A stretch of DNA of 47,880 bases from contig DTYH01000241.1 in assembly GCA_012961955.1 (NCBI GenBank), positions 1 through 47,880 of the forward strand, written 5' to 3'. Below, in pieces: positions 37,985 through 46,817 of this stretch (the stretch's first letter is position 1; every line of letters begins with the position of its first letter). A program made the translations under genes and the position numbers. Origin of the DNA: Desulfobacterales bacterium. GTDB taxonomy: Bacteria > Desulfobacterota > Desulfobacteria > Desulfobacterales > DTYH01. The notes below the pieces were generated by a model that was not told where the DNA came from, ran no database searches, and saw only the letters and a program-made list of their open reading frames with translations.

Positions 37985-39975
37985 GATTCATCCAATCCAA
38001 TGAAAACATCCTCTTCGATGGGTTGTTCTCTCAATTTACGAGGGAGCTCGATGATAAAATTGGTCCCTCCTTCGGGTGGACACTCAAAATCGATTCTACC
38101 CCCGTGCAACTTAATGATATTTTGGGTAATGCTCAAACCGAGTCCTGTGCCCTTCCCCGTCGGTTTAGTGGTAAAAAACATATCGAATATCTTGTCCCGG
38201 AATTCTTCTGGAATGCCCGGCCCGGAGTCAGCAACGGAAATGATAAACCTTTGTTGCTCCGCCTCATATCGAGCCTTGATATCCAATCTCCCTCTCCCCT
38301 CCATTGCGTCGGCTGCGTTGATGAAGAGGTTTGTAAAAACCTGCTGAAGCTGACCAATATCCCCTATCATTTCAGGCATATTACTTTGTATATCCTTCTT
38401 CACCTCGATATTTTGGAATGACGCCTGGTTGATCAATAGATTGAGGCACTGTTCTATCAATCTCTCTAAACTAAAAAAGGATACCTTACCTATCGATTTG
38501 CGACTGAACTCTAGTAAGTCCGATACGATCCTTTTGCATCGAAGTGTTTGTTGAATCATTTCCTCTAAATCGTCCAAAGACTGAGGATCATCCTTAAGGT
38601 TTTCCTTGAGCAACTCAGCATAGATCAGAATACCTGATAATGGGTTGTTTATCTCGTGTGCTACTCCAGCGGCCATTCTCCCTATAGATGCGATCTTATC
38701 CGATTGGATCAGTTGAAGCTGGGCTTCTTCCAATTCCCTTCGCATCTTCAGTATTTCTCGCATATCGGTGAACACCCCCACGCTTCCCATCTCTTTTCCA
38801 TCAACACGTATAATCGAGGCGGACAGTGTCACTGGTATCTTTTCACCATCTTTAGTTGTTATGAACATACTGGTGGGGTTCAGTTTATCAGGAGGACCGT
38901 ATTGGCTACTCCGCATCTTTTTCATATTTTCTCTTGCCATCTCTATGTCATAAAAACTGCTCAAGTGTCCTTTGTTGATGATCTCCTGAGCCGAATATCC
39001 AGTCAGTCGTTCCATACCTTCATTAAAGATAAGGACCTTTCCTTTTGTATCCACCACAACGATCCCGTCCACAGTACTCTGGATTACGTTTTGAAGGAAT
39101 GTGTTCGATTTTCGCACTTCATGCTCGAGCTTGATCCTATCAGTTACGTCCCTTGAGGCCTCCACCAATTGAACGGTTTCGCCGTGATCATTTAGTATAG
39201 GAGAGACTGTGATGACATCAAACCGCTGTTCCCCGTTTTCATCCCGGTATTCGTGAATCGTGCTGATTACCTCTTTTTCTTTTTTAACCTTTTCCAGATA
39301 ACATATCCTGCCATCTTCGCTGCACGGCTTATCCAAACCGTACCTCACCTCGTAACAGTATCTACCCACAACCTCCTCAGATCTGAAACCGTATTCCCTG
39401 AGAAAGGTCTGGTTTACCGCTTCAATGGTGTTGTCCCTGTTTACCACCATAACTCTATATGGCAGGGAATCCAGTATGGTCTGGGTGTACTTCTTCTTTT
39501 GTTCTTCGTACAGCCTACGTTCCCTTTCAAACGCGACCTTTTCGCTTTCGACCAGGAACAGATCCCATAGAATCCTCAAGATTCCTGCAGACCTGTGATC
39601 GATTAAAGCAACCCCTGAAGGCTTTGTACGAAGGATTTCTTTCCTGACCTCCTCACGTCCGGTAAGTTCAAGGATAAGATTAAGACCTTCAAGTTTGTAC
39701 AGCTCCTTAAAATCGTTGGTAGTAAAGAGGTTAAGATCCCTGGCGTAAACCAGGCCTGGTGAGTTTTCGTTTGAACTTGCCACTCCCAGAATCTTCATGT
39801 TTATCCGGGACAGGCGATCCTTGTCCAGGATTTTGAGAAGGAAATAACATACCTTTCCGCCGCCTACAATGGCCACATTAAGGGGATTTTTCGACATTTT
39901 CTCCTGGATACCTTCAAGTATCCTATTTGAGGTGAAATCTGTCGTTGATTCCGACATGGTCCTATCAAGAATCAA
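37981..39975 (-). CDS. Cytoplasmic sensor histidine kinase: Rossmann-like N-domain, 2 PAS, HisKA, HATPase
   Basis: 664-aa ORF. N-terminus NVAIVGGGKVCYFLLKIL... (dinucleotide-fold-like), a Cys-containing PAS (RYCYEVRYGLDKPCSEDGRICY), H-box AHEINNPL, G-box GTGLGLS. No TM helices seen. Confidence 0.85.
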   Translation of the reverse strand: MILDRTMSESTTDFTSNRILEGIQEKMSKNPLNVAIVGGGKVCYFLLKILDKDRLSRINMKILGVASSNENSPGLVYARDLNLFTTNDFKELYKLEGLNLILELTGREEVRKEILRTKPSGVALIDHRSAGILRILWDLFLVESEKVAFERERRLYEEQKKKYTQTILDSLPYRVMVVNRDNTIEAVNQTFLREYGFRSEEVVGRYCYEVRYGLDKPCSEDGRICYLEKVKKEKEVISTIHEYRDENGEQRFDVITVSPILNDHGETVQLVEASRDVTDRIKLEHEVRKSNTFLQNVIQSTVDGIVVVDTKGKVLIFNEGMERLTGYSAQEIINKGHLSSFYDIEMARENMKKMRSSQYGPPDKLNPTSMFITTKDGEKIPVTLSASIIRVDGKEMGSVGVFTDMREILKMRRELEEAQLQLIQSDKIASIGRMAAGVAHEINNPLSGILIYAELLKENLKDDPQSLDDLEEMIQQTLRCKRIVSDLLEFSRKSIGKVSFFSLERLIEQCLNLLINQASFQNIEVKKDIQSNMPEMIGDIGQLQQVFTNLFINAADAMEGRGRLDIKARYEAEQQRFIISVADSGPGIPEEFRDKIFDMFFTTKPTGKGTGLGLSITQNIIKLHGGRIDFECPPEGGTNFIIELPRKLREQPIEEDVFIGLDES

Positions 39976-40079
39976 ATTCGTTAGTCGGCAAGATTTCAGA
40001 GCCTTGCAGATTCCGTCTTTTCACGTCGGCCCCGTGAGGCCTTCGGTCTCGTACAGGGCCAGCGTAGAAATATGGTGTC

Positions 40080-40266
40080 GGTTGTCAGTAGCCGGTTAAT
40101 TGGCACTGACCACCGACGAGGCCTTTTGTTCTCTGTTGCTGTATATGTCATACGCGCTCTGAACGAAGCTTATTACTGCCTCCCAGGCAAGGCGAAGCGA
40201 AGAATCTCTCTAGATGTTCCGCTTACACTCATTATCACCTTTTGACCAATTGAATTACGAATTCGG
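40080..40266. repeat. Dispersed repeat family B, copy B2
   Basis: Collinear with B1 (gttgtcagt, tgaccaccgacgaggcctttt, gtcatacgcg, gcgaagcgaagaatctct, ttgaccaattgaattacga). Confidence 0.7.
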
Positions 40267-40329
40267 TACTGCCTTGTTTTGCTCACTTAGTATAATGGCG
40301 GTATCGCAAAAGGTTGTTTTGTGATCGGT

Positions 40330-40366
40330 ATTGAGCGATCGTGAATCCCAAAATTGCTCACGGAGA
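40330..40366. repeat. Family-D-related hairpin module
   Basis: attgagcgatcgtgaatcccaaaattgctcacggag parallels the D3 end attgagcaatttaatcccaggattgctcaccgag (47845-47880). Confidence 0.6.
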
Positions 40367-40415
40367 GAAGAAGATTAAACTTTTTGTAACAATTTAGGTT
40401 TTGAAAAAAATTGTC

Positions 40416-40436
40416 GCAGGAGGATGCTCCTCCTGC
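40416..40436 (-). terminator. Terminator-like hairpin on the minus strand
   Basis: GCAGGAGGA-GCA-TCCTCCTGC (9-bp stem), followed on the minus strand by GACAATTTTTTTC. It lies ~500 nt beyond the HD-GYP gene stop, so what it terminates is unclear. Confidence 0.4.
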
Positions 40437-40941
40437 CGGGTCTCACCATAGTGAAAAAAGTTAAGAGTGAAAGATGAAAATGCATTCCTACATATAAATC
40501 CTTCACTTTCCACTCTTCATTATTCACTCTTTGATACGACGCCGTCCAGCCGCGACCGAATAGTCCCCTTTCAAAGAGCCAAACTGTTACAAATTTTTGC
40601 CGTACCGTCCCGTGGTAGCAACGAGTGAAAAGGGTTTCATCCCTTCCTCCCCTTCTAATGGGGAGAACGAAGGTTGCTGCGGTTTCCCCCTGTCAAGTCA
40701 AAGGTCTCTCCGCCAGGCCATTCCGAGAAAAGCCTCACCTCGCGGGGAGTTGCTAAATCCCAAGAGGTAAATACATGCTATGTCATCTAAGTTATGACAG
40801 GATATTTAAATTATAACAGAACCGATTTCTTAAAGAAAGAGATTTCTGCCTTTTTTGAGGTGGTATAAGCTGGCAACTTGGCGGGCTTGTGAGTCCAAAT
40901 GATTCGGACGAGGGGGATGACTGGATCACAAGTGGACGGTG

Positions 40942-42744
40942 TTAGACCGTGTTGCTACCGTTATTCTCTATCTCGAGCCTAAACCCTCTCTGTGTAAATA
41001 GCCTTAAACAGGCATCCACGGCCTCGGGGTCGTAAAGGATCCCTCTATTCTTTGATATCTCCTCTAATGCTTTGTCCACGCCTAAGGCCGGTCGATATGG
41101 TCGATGAGACGCCATCGCCTCAACAACGTCAGCTACACCTAAGATCCTTGCTTCCAGCAGAATCTCCGCACCTTTAAGCCCTCTAGGATACCCTGATCCG
41201 TCCATTCTCTCGTGATGCTGAAGCACTATTTGGGCCACCGGCCATGGGAAATCAATCTCCTTCAATATATCATAACCGACCTGGGGATGAGATTTTATCA
41301 GCCTGAATTCGACTTCTGTTAACTCACCGGGTTTGCTCAGAATCTCGGCAGGCACAGAGATCTTCCCAAGATCATGAACAACCCCCGCCATACGGATTCC
41401 ATCGATCTGCTCCTCTGAAAGACCCATCTCAGTAGCTATGGCACGGGCAAGATTAGCCACACGCCGTTGGTGACCGGCAGTGTACGGATCCCTCGTTTCG
41501 ACTGTCAACGCTATGACCTGGATGGTTCCCCCCATTGCCTTTCGGAGCTTTTCCATGCTCTGTTCCAATTTTCTCTGTGCCTGCTTGTATTTGGTAATAT
41601 CTCTAATGATCCCTTGGTATTCTAGAATACTTCCATCACTGGCTCTCCGCACACTCGAAGTGAGCAGGCAGTCTATCTCCGTTCCGTCCTTCCTGCGAAG
41701 CCTCACCTCATAGTCTCTAAGAAATGACGTATCCTCTATTACCTCCTGGAATTTAAGCCACTCATCAGGATTGGCATATATCATTCGGATGTTCATACCT
41801 ATCATCTCTTTTCTGGTATACCCGAAGGTATCTAATGCGGCCTGATTGACGTCAACTAAACTACCATCCCTGGTAGTTATATAGATTGCGTCCCTCGAAT
41901 CCCTGAAAAGGGTGTAGTACCTTTCCTCGCTCTCCCGGAGTGCCTCTTCTGCCCGCTTGTTGTCGGTAATATCGCGAGCAATGGCAAATACAATATCCCG
42001 TCCTTTCTGATGAATCTTACTGGCAGTCAAATGAACATTTACTAGCGTTCCGTCTTTGCGACGCCATACCCGTTCTCCTAACGTAATCGCTCCGTGCATC
42101 AAAATACGCTTTATGTTAGCATCAATACTGTCCCTGTCGTGTGCCACAAAGTCATAGACTGATAATTTGCGTACCTCATACAACTGGTAACCAAGGAGAT
42201 TCAGGAATGCAGCATTTGTTTCCAGTACCTGCTTCGTTTCGGGATCAAACATATAAATGGCCTCCACTGATTGTTGGATGAGCATCTTATAGCGTTCTTC
42301 GGTTTCATGGAGGGCCTCCTCGGTTCGTTTAAGGTCAGTGATGTCCATGAAGTTTCCAAGAACCGCGCGCCTCCCCTTATAATAGATAGAAGTAACCCTC
42401 TCCATGACCCACAAGGTCTTACCCTCCTTGTTAACAACCCTGAATTCATAGGGGGAATATCTCTCCCCTTTCAGCATCTTCACAGCGTTTTCCCTTACCT
42501 TAGGAGTGTCATCACTAAGGACGAGTCTAAGAGAATCCATCCCCAATAATTCCTGTTCGCTATACCCGGAGAGTTTCTGGAACTGCGGGTTGACAAGCTT
42601 GAACTTTCCGTCCTGGACAATGTATAAACCAATTGGGGAGCTGACGAATAGGGCCTTGAACAATTCCTTCGCCTGGTTTTGCTGGGTTTCTAACTTTTTG
42701 CATCTGTATGTAAGCTCATCTCTTGGGCTACCTCGGTCTTTCAT
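40942..42744 (-). CDS. Triple-PAS HD-GYP domain protein (c-di-GMP phosphodiesterase family)
   Basis: Track ORF 40942..42798. ATG 42744 has GGGAGG 7 nt upstream, and the longer 5' extension lies inside a repeat element. HD-GYP motifs VHDLGK and HHERMDGSGYPRGL. Confidence 0.88.
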   Translation of the reverse strand: MKDRGSPRDELTYRCKKLETQQNQAKELFKALFVSSPIGLYIVQDGKFKLVNPQFQKLSGYSEQELLGMDSLRLVLSDDTPKVRENAVKMLKGERYSPYEFRVVNKEGKTLWVMERVTSIYYKGRRAVLGNFMDITDLKRTEEALHETEERYKMLIQQSVEAIYMFDPETKQVLETNAAFLNLLGYQLYEVRKLSVYDFVAHDRDSIDANIKRILMHGAITLGERVWRRKDGTLVNVHLTASKIHQKGRDIVFAIARDITDNKRAEEALRESEERYYTLFRDSRDAIYITTRDGSLVDVNQAALDTFGYTRKEMIGMNIRMIYANPDEWLKFQEVIEDTSFLRDYEVRLRRKDGTEIDCLLTSSVRRASDGSILEYQGIIRDITKYKQAQRKLEQSMEKLRKAMGGTIQVIALTVETRDPYTAGHQRRVANLARAIATEMGLSEEQIDGIRMAGVVHDLGKISVPAEILSKPGELTEVEFRLIKSHPQVGYDILKEIDFPWPVAQIVLQHHERMDGSGYPRGLKGAEILLEARILGVADVVEAMASHRPYRPALGVDKALEEISKNRGILYDPEAVDACLRLFTQRGFRLEIENNGSNTV

Positions 42745-42766
42745 CTTTTGGCCTCCCAACTCTGAT

Positions 42767-42885
42767 GGTTTCGTGAAAAGCCGTTTTGCGATCAACATTG
42801 ATGTAATTGTTCACGGGATGAAGCTTTTCTTTACCCCATGAACAGTTTACACATTGAGCAATTTTGGACCCTTTACGAGACCATC
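42767..42885. repeat. Dispersed repeat family D, copy D4, interrupted by a family-C element
   Basis: ggtttcgtgaaaagccgttttgcgatcaacattg[...]agcaattttggaccctttacgagaccatca aligns with D3/D1 once 42801-42856 is removed. Confidence 0.75.
42801..42856. mobile_element. Minimal family-C palindromic element (MITE-like) inserted in D4
   Basis: aattgttcacgggatgaagcttttctttaccccatgaacagtt consists of the two family-C terminal inverted repeats back to back. It is flanked by direct ACATTG at 42795-42800 and 42851-42856. Confidence 0.5.
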
Positions 42886-43223
42886 ATATTTATTGCCAAT
42901 AAAAAACGGTGTATCACCAGTTTGCCCCATTAAAAAACCTCCGTGCAGGAGCACGGGCCCCGTAAGAGACCGAAGGTCTTACGAAGGCCGTCTGGAATTC
43001 TAATGGGGTTTGCTGGTAGGATCCCGCCATAGGTTACAGCCTTTCAAGAAAACCATCTTGGAACGATCGCTCCATGGGCTCGCGGATAGGGAAGAATCAA
43101 AGAGAATCTTATAAAACTTTAAATCGAGATGTAAAAGAAAAAAGTATCAGAGTTCTGAACTAGTCTAAATTCTCTCAAGGCGTATTAGAGAAAATAGTGA
43201 TCAGACCCATTCCCATTTTGGTA

Positions 43224-43252
43224 TTGACAACTGAGTACCATGCCAATACATT
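43224..43252 (+). promoter_or_regulatory. Sigma70-like promoter
   Basis: TTGACA (43224-43229), a 17-nt spacer, then TACATT (43247-43252). The nearest downstream plus-strand features are repeat C3 and the RNase gene ~400 nt away. Confidence 0.3.
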
Positions 43253-43320
43253 AAGTTTAAGGGCTGTATGATCTTTCACTTGTTACACTATTGGAGCGAA
43301 CGATTAGAACAGATTTCTTG

Positions 43321-43493
43321 AAACTGTTCACAAGGTGAAGCTTTTCTTGAAACGACTTGGCGGAGATCTTTACCTATTCCGTGAGTTGAGAGCGGAGGGG
43401 GCAGAGGATCCCCGGCTCTCAACTCACTGAAAAGCTAGGTTTGAAGACATCGAAGTGTAGGCCCCGTTAGAAAAGCTTCCCCCGTAAAGAGTT
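43321..43493. repeat. Dispersed repeat family C, copy C3 (longest)
   Basis: Ends aactgttcacaaggtgaagcttttc ... gaaaagcttcccccgtaaagagtt (inverted). Internal perfect 13-bp stem GTGAGTTGAGAGC/GCTCTCAACTCAC. Confidence 0.75.
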
Positions 43494-43654
43494 TCCATTT
43501 TTTTTTCGCATCCACTTAGTTGGTCGTTTGTAACTTATGCATCGGCCAGCAGGGTATCTTCTTCCGCGAGCACCCCAAAATGTATACAAAAAGATATCCC
43601 CTGACTGGTCTTCAATTTTATAAGGCTGAACTTTCACTTTTTTCTGAATAAGCC

Positions 43655-45640
43655 ATGGAACCTGGGGAAGTCATAGAATATTTTCATCGAAAACAGATAC
43701 TTTGCGCTGTTATCATTGACAAGAAGAAAAACAAATATCAATTGATTAATGAAAACAATCGTGAAGTTAGTATGTCGGAGAACCGTTTTATCCATGTCTC
43801 CCAAGACCGACTCGATCTCAAGATGGGTCGTGACCGACTGGTAAGACGTTTAAACGAGATCGCCAGCAGAAGAAGAGAACTTCAAATGGAAATAAATATT
43901 AAGGAATTGTGGGAGGTAGTCTATGAAGAAGCAGCATGGTTTGACGTTCGTACACTGGCAGAACTCTCCTTTGGCGGGGAGATAACAGATGACCACATAT
44001 CGGCTGTAAGGCGCGCAATCTTCGAAGATAGAATCTATTTCAAGTTCGACATAGACAGATTCTATCCAAACTCCCCAAGATTGGTGGAACAGATTAGGAT
44101 ACAAATTGAAGAGGAAGAGAAAAGGATACAAGCCGTAGAACAGGGGGCAAGATGGCTAAAACAGGTTCATGAGGCAAAAGGGGGGGAGTTCCCTGGAGTT
44201 GATAGTGAAACAGTAGAGGTTCTTAAGTCTTACTACCTCTTCGGAAAAGAGAGTCCTCATTATGCATTTGCAAAGGAGATACTCAAGCGGGCCGGTCTGG
44301 ATATCGAGGAAGGTCCCTTCTACATATTAACCAAACTCGGTATATGGAGTCACGACGAGAATCTCGATCTTCATCGGTACCAAATCACCAATGAATTCTC
44401 ACCTGAAGTCATTAAAGCAGCAGAGGAGCTCTTTCTAAACGCCCGCCATGGCTACCATAATCACGCTTATCGACGAGACCTTACCCATCTTAATCTTATA
44501 ACCATCGATGGACAGGCTACACAGGATTTCGATGACGCCCTAAGTGTGGAACAGGAGGAAAATGGATGTCGAATAGGAATCCACATTACCGATGTGTCAC
44601 ACTTCATACCAAAGGGGAGCGTATTGGATCAGGAGGCACTAGTCAGGGCAAGCTCCATATATATGCCAGATGCCCGCATCACAATGCTTCCTCCATGTCT
44701 TTCTGAGGATCTTTTCAGCTTGAGGAAGGGCGAAGATCGTCCGGCGATAAGTATCATGGCTCATTTAGACGACACAGCAAGAGTCGTCGATTATGAAATA
44801 TTCCCCAGTATCATCCGCGTAAGTCGACAACTTACATACTTTGACGTCAATCAAATAATAGAAGATGACCACGACCTTGCGCTTTTATACAGAATGGCTC
44901 AAAAACTGCTTAGGAAGCGAATCCATGCTGGTGCAATTCAATTGAATATTCCTGAAATATATATTCGGGTAGACGAGCAGGGCGAGATTGTACTGAAGCA
45001 GGTAAACCAGGAAAACCCAGGCCGCACGTTAGTCTCGGAATGTATGGTTCTGGCCAATTGGCTCGCCGGCAACTTTTTAAAGGATCATGATCAGCCTGCC
45101 ATCTATAGATCACAAATGGAGCCTCGTCAAAGGCTGGTTACCGGTAACGGCGGATCCCTCTATCAAAACTGGATGCAACGAAAATTCCTAAATCGTGTTA
45201 TCCTCGACCTGGAACCACAACCCCACAGCGCTCTGGGCCTCGATGTTTATGTTACCTTCACATCCCCTATTAGGAAATATTTCGATCTCGTAACTCAGCG
45301 TCAATTACGTGCTGTCCTGGGATTGGAGGACTCTTACACAAAAGATGAGCTTCGCCATATCGTGAATCTCCTTGAACAGCCACTTAGCCAAATAATGCAG
45401 ATCCAGATAAGGCGTACCCAATATTGGATCCTAAGGTATCTTGAACGGAAGATAGGAGAAAAAGAGGAGGCCTTAGTCCTCGATAGGCAACGCAATCATT
45501 ATCTAATCCTGTTAACAGCCTATTTGATTGAGACCTCGCTTCCCTTAACTTGTGGACTGGATTTGAGACCAGAAGACAGGATCGAAGTAACTATAAAACG
45601 TGTTGATGCCAGGTCGGGTACCCTTACTGTAGCTGTTTAA
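43655..45640 (+). CDS. RNase II/RNase R family 3'-5' exoribonuclease (RNB domain)
   Basis: 661-aa ORF. RNB motifs ITIDGQATQDFDDALSVE, IHITDVSHFI, SIYMPD, TSPIRKYFDLVTQRQL. S1-like C-terminus. Confidence 0.88.
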   Translation: MEPGEVIEYFHRKQILCAVIIDKKKNKYQLINENNREVSMSENRFIHVSQDRLDLKMGRDRLVRRLNEIASRRRELQMEINIKELWEVVYEEAAWFDVRTLAELSFGGEITDDHISAVRRAIFEDRIYFKFDIDRFYPNSPRLVEQIRIQIEEEEKRIQAVEQGARWLKQVHEAKGGEFPGVDSETVEVLKSYYLFGKESPHYAFAKEILKRAGLDIEEGPFYILTKLGIWSHDENLDLHRYQITNEFSPEVIKAAEELFLNARHGYHNHAYRRDLTHLNLITIDGQATQDFDDALSVEQEENGCRIGIHITDVSHFIPKGSVLDQEALVRASSIYMPDARITMLPPCLSEDLFSLRKGEDRPAISIMAHLDDTARVVDYEIFPSIIRVSRQLTYFDVNQIIEDDHDLALLYRMAQKLLRKRIHAGAIQLNIPEIYIRVDEQGEIVLKQVNQENPGRTLVSECMVLANWLAGNFLKDHDQPAIYRSQMEPRQRLVTGNGGSLYQNWMQRKFLNRVILDLEPQPHSALGLDVYVTFTSPIRKYFDLVTQRQLRAVLGLEDSYTKDELRHIVNLLEQPLSQIMQIQIRRTQYWILRYLERKIGEKEEALVLDRQRNHYLILLTAYLIETSLPLTCGLDLRPEDRIEVTIKRVDARSGTLTVAV

Positions 45641-45682
45641 ACTTGTTACCTAAATTCCATAAAAGACAGGGCACCACAAGGA

Positions 45683-46123
45683 TTGCCAAATCTCGTCGTA
45701 TATACTTTAGGGACAAGTACCCGTACCAAGGAAGAATTCCTCGAGCTTATACATCACTATCACATTGAAGCTGTGGTAGACGTACGGAGCTTTCCTCAGA
45801 GCAGATTCGACCACTTTAAAAAATACAACCTGGCAAGGATACTAAGGGAGGATGGGTATACGTATATCTACTTGGGTAAGGAATTAGGTGGATTTCGAAA
45901 GGGTGGCTATCTATCCTATACTCTTACTACTTCATACCAGTCAGGCATATTCCAGCTGGAAGAGGTCGCCAGGGAGAGTACCACTGCCTTTATTTGTGCG
46001 GAAAGGTTTCCCTGGAAGTGTCATAGACGTTTTATCGCCTCAAGCCTGGAAGAGAGGGGATGGGAGGTGATACATATAATCGATAAGGATAGGGTCTGGA
46101 GATATCAAGGATTGACTAAATAA
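45683..46123 (+). CDS. DUF488 family protein
   Basis: 146-aa ORF with a TTG start. TLGTSTRTKEEFLELI...VVDVRSFPQSR...CAERFPWKCHRRFIA is typical of DUF488. Confidence 0.8.
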   Translation: MPNLVVYTLGTSTRTKEEFLELIHHYHIEAVVDVRSFPQSRFDHFKKYNLARILREDGYTYIYLGKELGGFRKGGYLSYTLTTSYQSGIFQLEEVARESTTAFICAERFPWKCHRRFIASSLEERGWEVIHIIDKDRVWRYQGLTK

Positions 46124-46234
46124 CCCAAGTTTCGCACCCTAATATATACAAAACAATACAACACGCCGTTTTTCCACAAACGCTTTTTACGGAAAAAAAT
46201 ATCACTCGTTTGAAAGATCTTGATTCCCTTAAAA

Positions 46235-46275
46235 AAGGCCATGTTGCGAACGACTTTGAGCAATCTTGGAAAAGG
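46235..46275. repeat. Dispersed repeat family D, copy D2
   Basis: ggccatgttgcgaacgactttgagcaatcttggaaaagg matches the D core. It lies ~110 nt upstream of the Nudix gene. Confidence 0.7.
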
Positions 46276-46382
46276 ATTCAGGAGTTGTATGTATATTCCC
46301 TTTGTTTACAGGTGCGAAACTTGAGTAAAAAAACTGAACGAAACATGAGATGCTTCGTAGAACTTGAGGACAATGTTTCGAA

Positions 46383-46817
46383 ATGGAAGATAAGACTAAA
46401 AAGAATGGCTCAATCGAATATAAGGATGTGGTTACAGTCTTCTTATCCCGCAGGAACAAGATCTTGATCTTGCGGCGAAGCGAGAAAGTCGGTACATATA
46501 GAGGATCCTGGGCAGGCATCAGTGGTTATCTGGAAAAGTCACCAATAGAACAGGCGTATACGGAAATCCTTGAGGAAACAGGTCTTACGGCACAAGATGT
46601 GATCTTGATCAAGGAAGGAGATCCTGTCCTTGTGTTGGATCGGGAAAATCAGAGGGCATGGCGTGTTCATCCCTTTCTCTTTGCAGCAAAATACCCAGAG
46701 AAGATACGACTCGATTGGGAAAATGTTGAGATGCGCTGGGTTCGACCCGATGAGCTGAAATATTTTAATACTGTGCCTGATCTTGACAGGGCTCTCGAAA
46801 GTGTTTTCAAAGAATGA
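46383..46817 (+). CDS. Nudix hydrolase
   Basis: 144-aa ORF with a Nudix box (GISGYLEKSPIEQAYTEILEETGL). ATGA overlap with the next gene. Confidence 0.85.
   Translation: MEDKTKKNGSIEYKDVVTVFLSRRNKILILRRSEKVGTYRGSWAGISGYLEKSPIEQAYTEILEETGLTAQDVILIKEGDPVLVLDRENQRAWRVHPFLFAAKYPEKIRLDWENVEMRWVRPDELKYFNTVPDLDRALESVFKE

Noticed and set aside
42745-42798. The longer 5' extension of the HD-GYP ORF (ATG 42798).
   Set aside because: The extra 18 codons fall inside repeat D4, whereas ATG 42744 has a GGGAGG RBS at ideal spacing.
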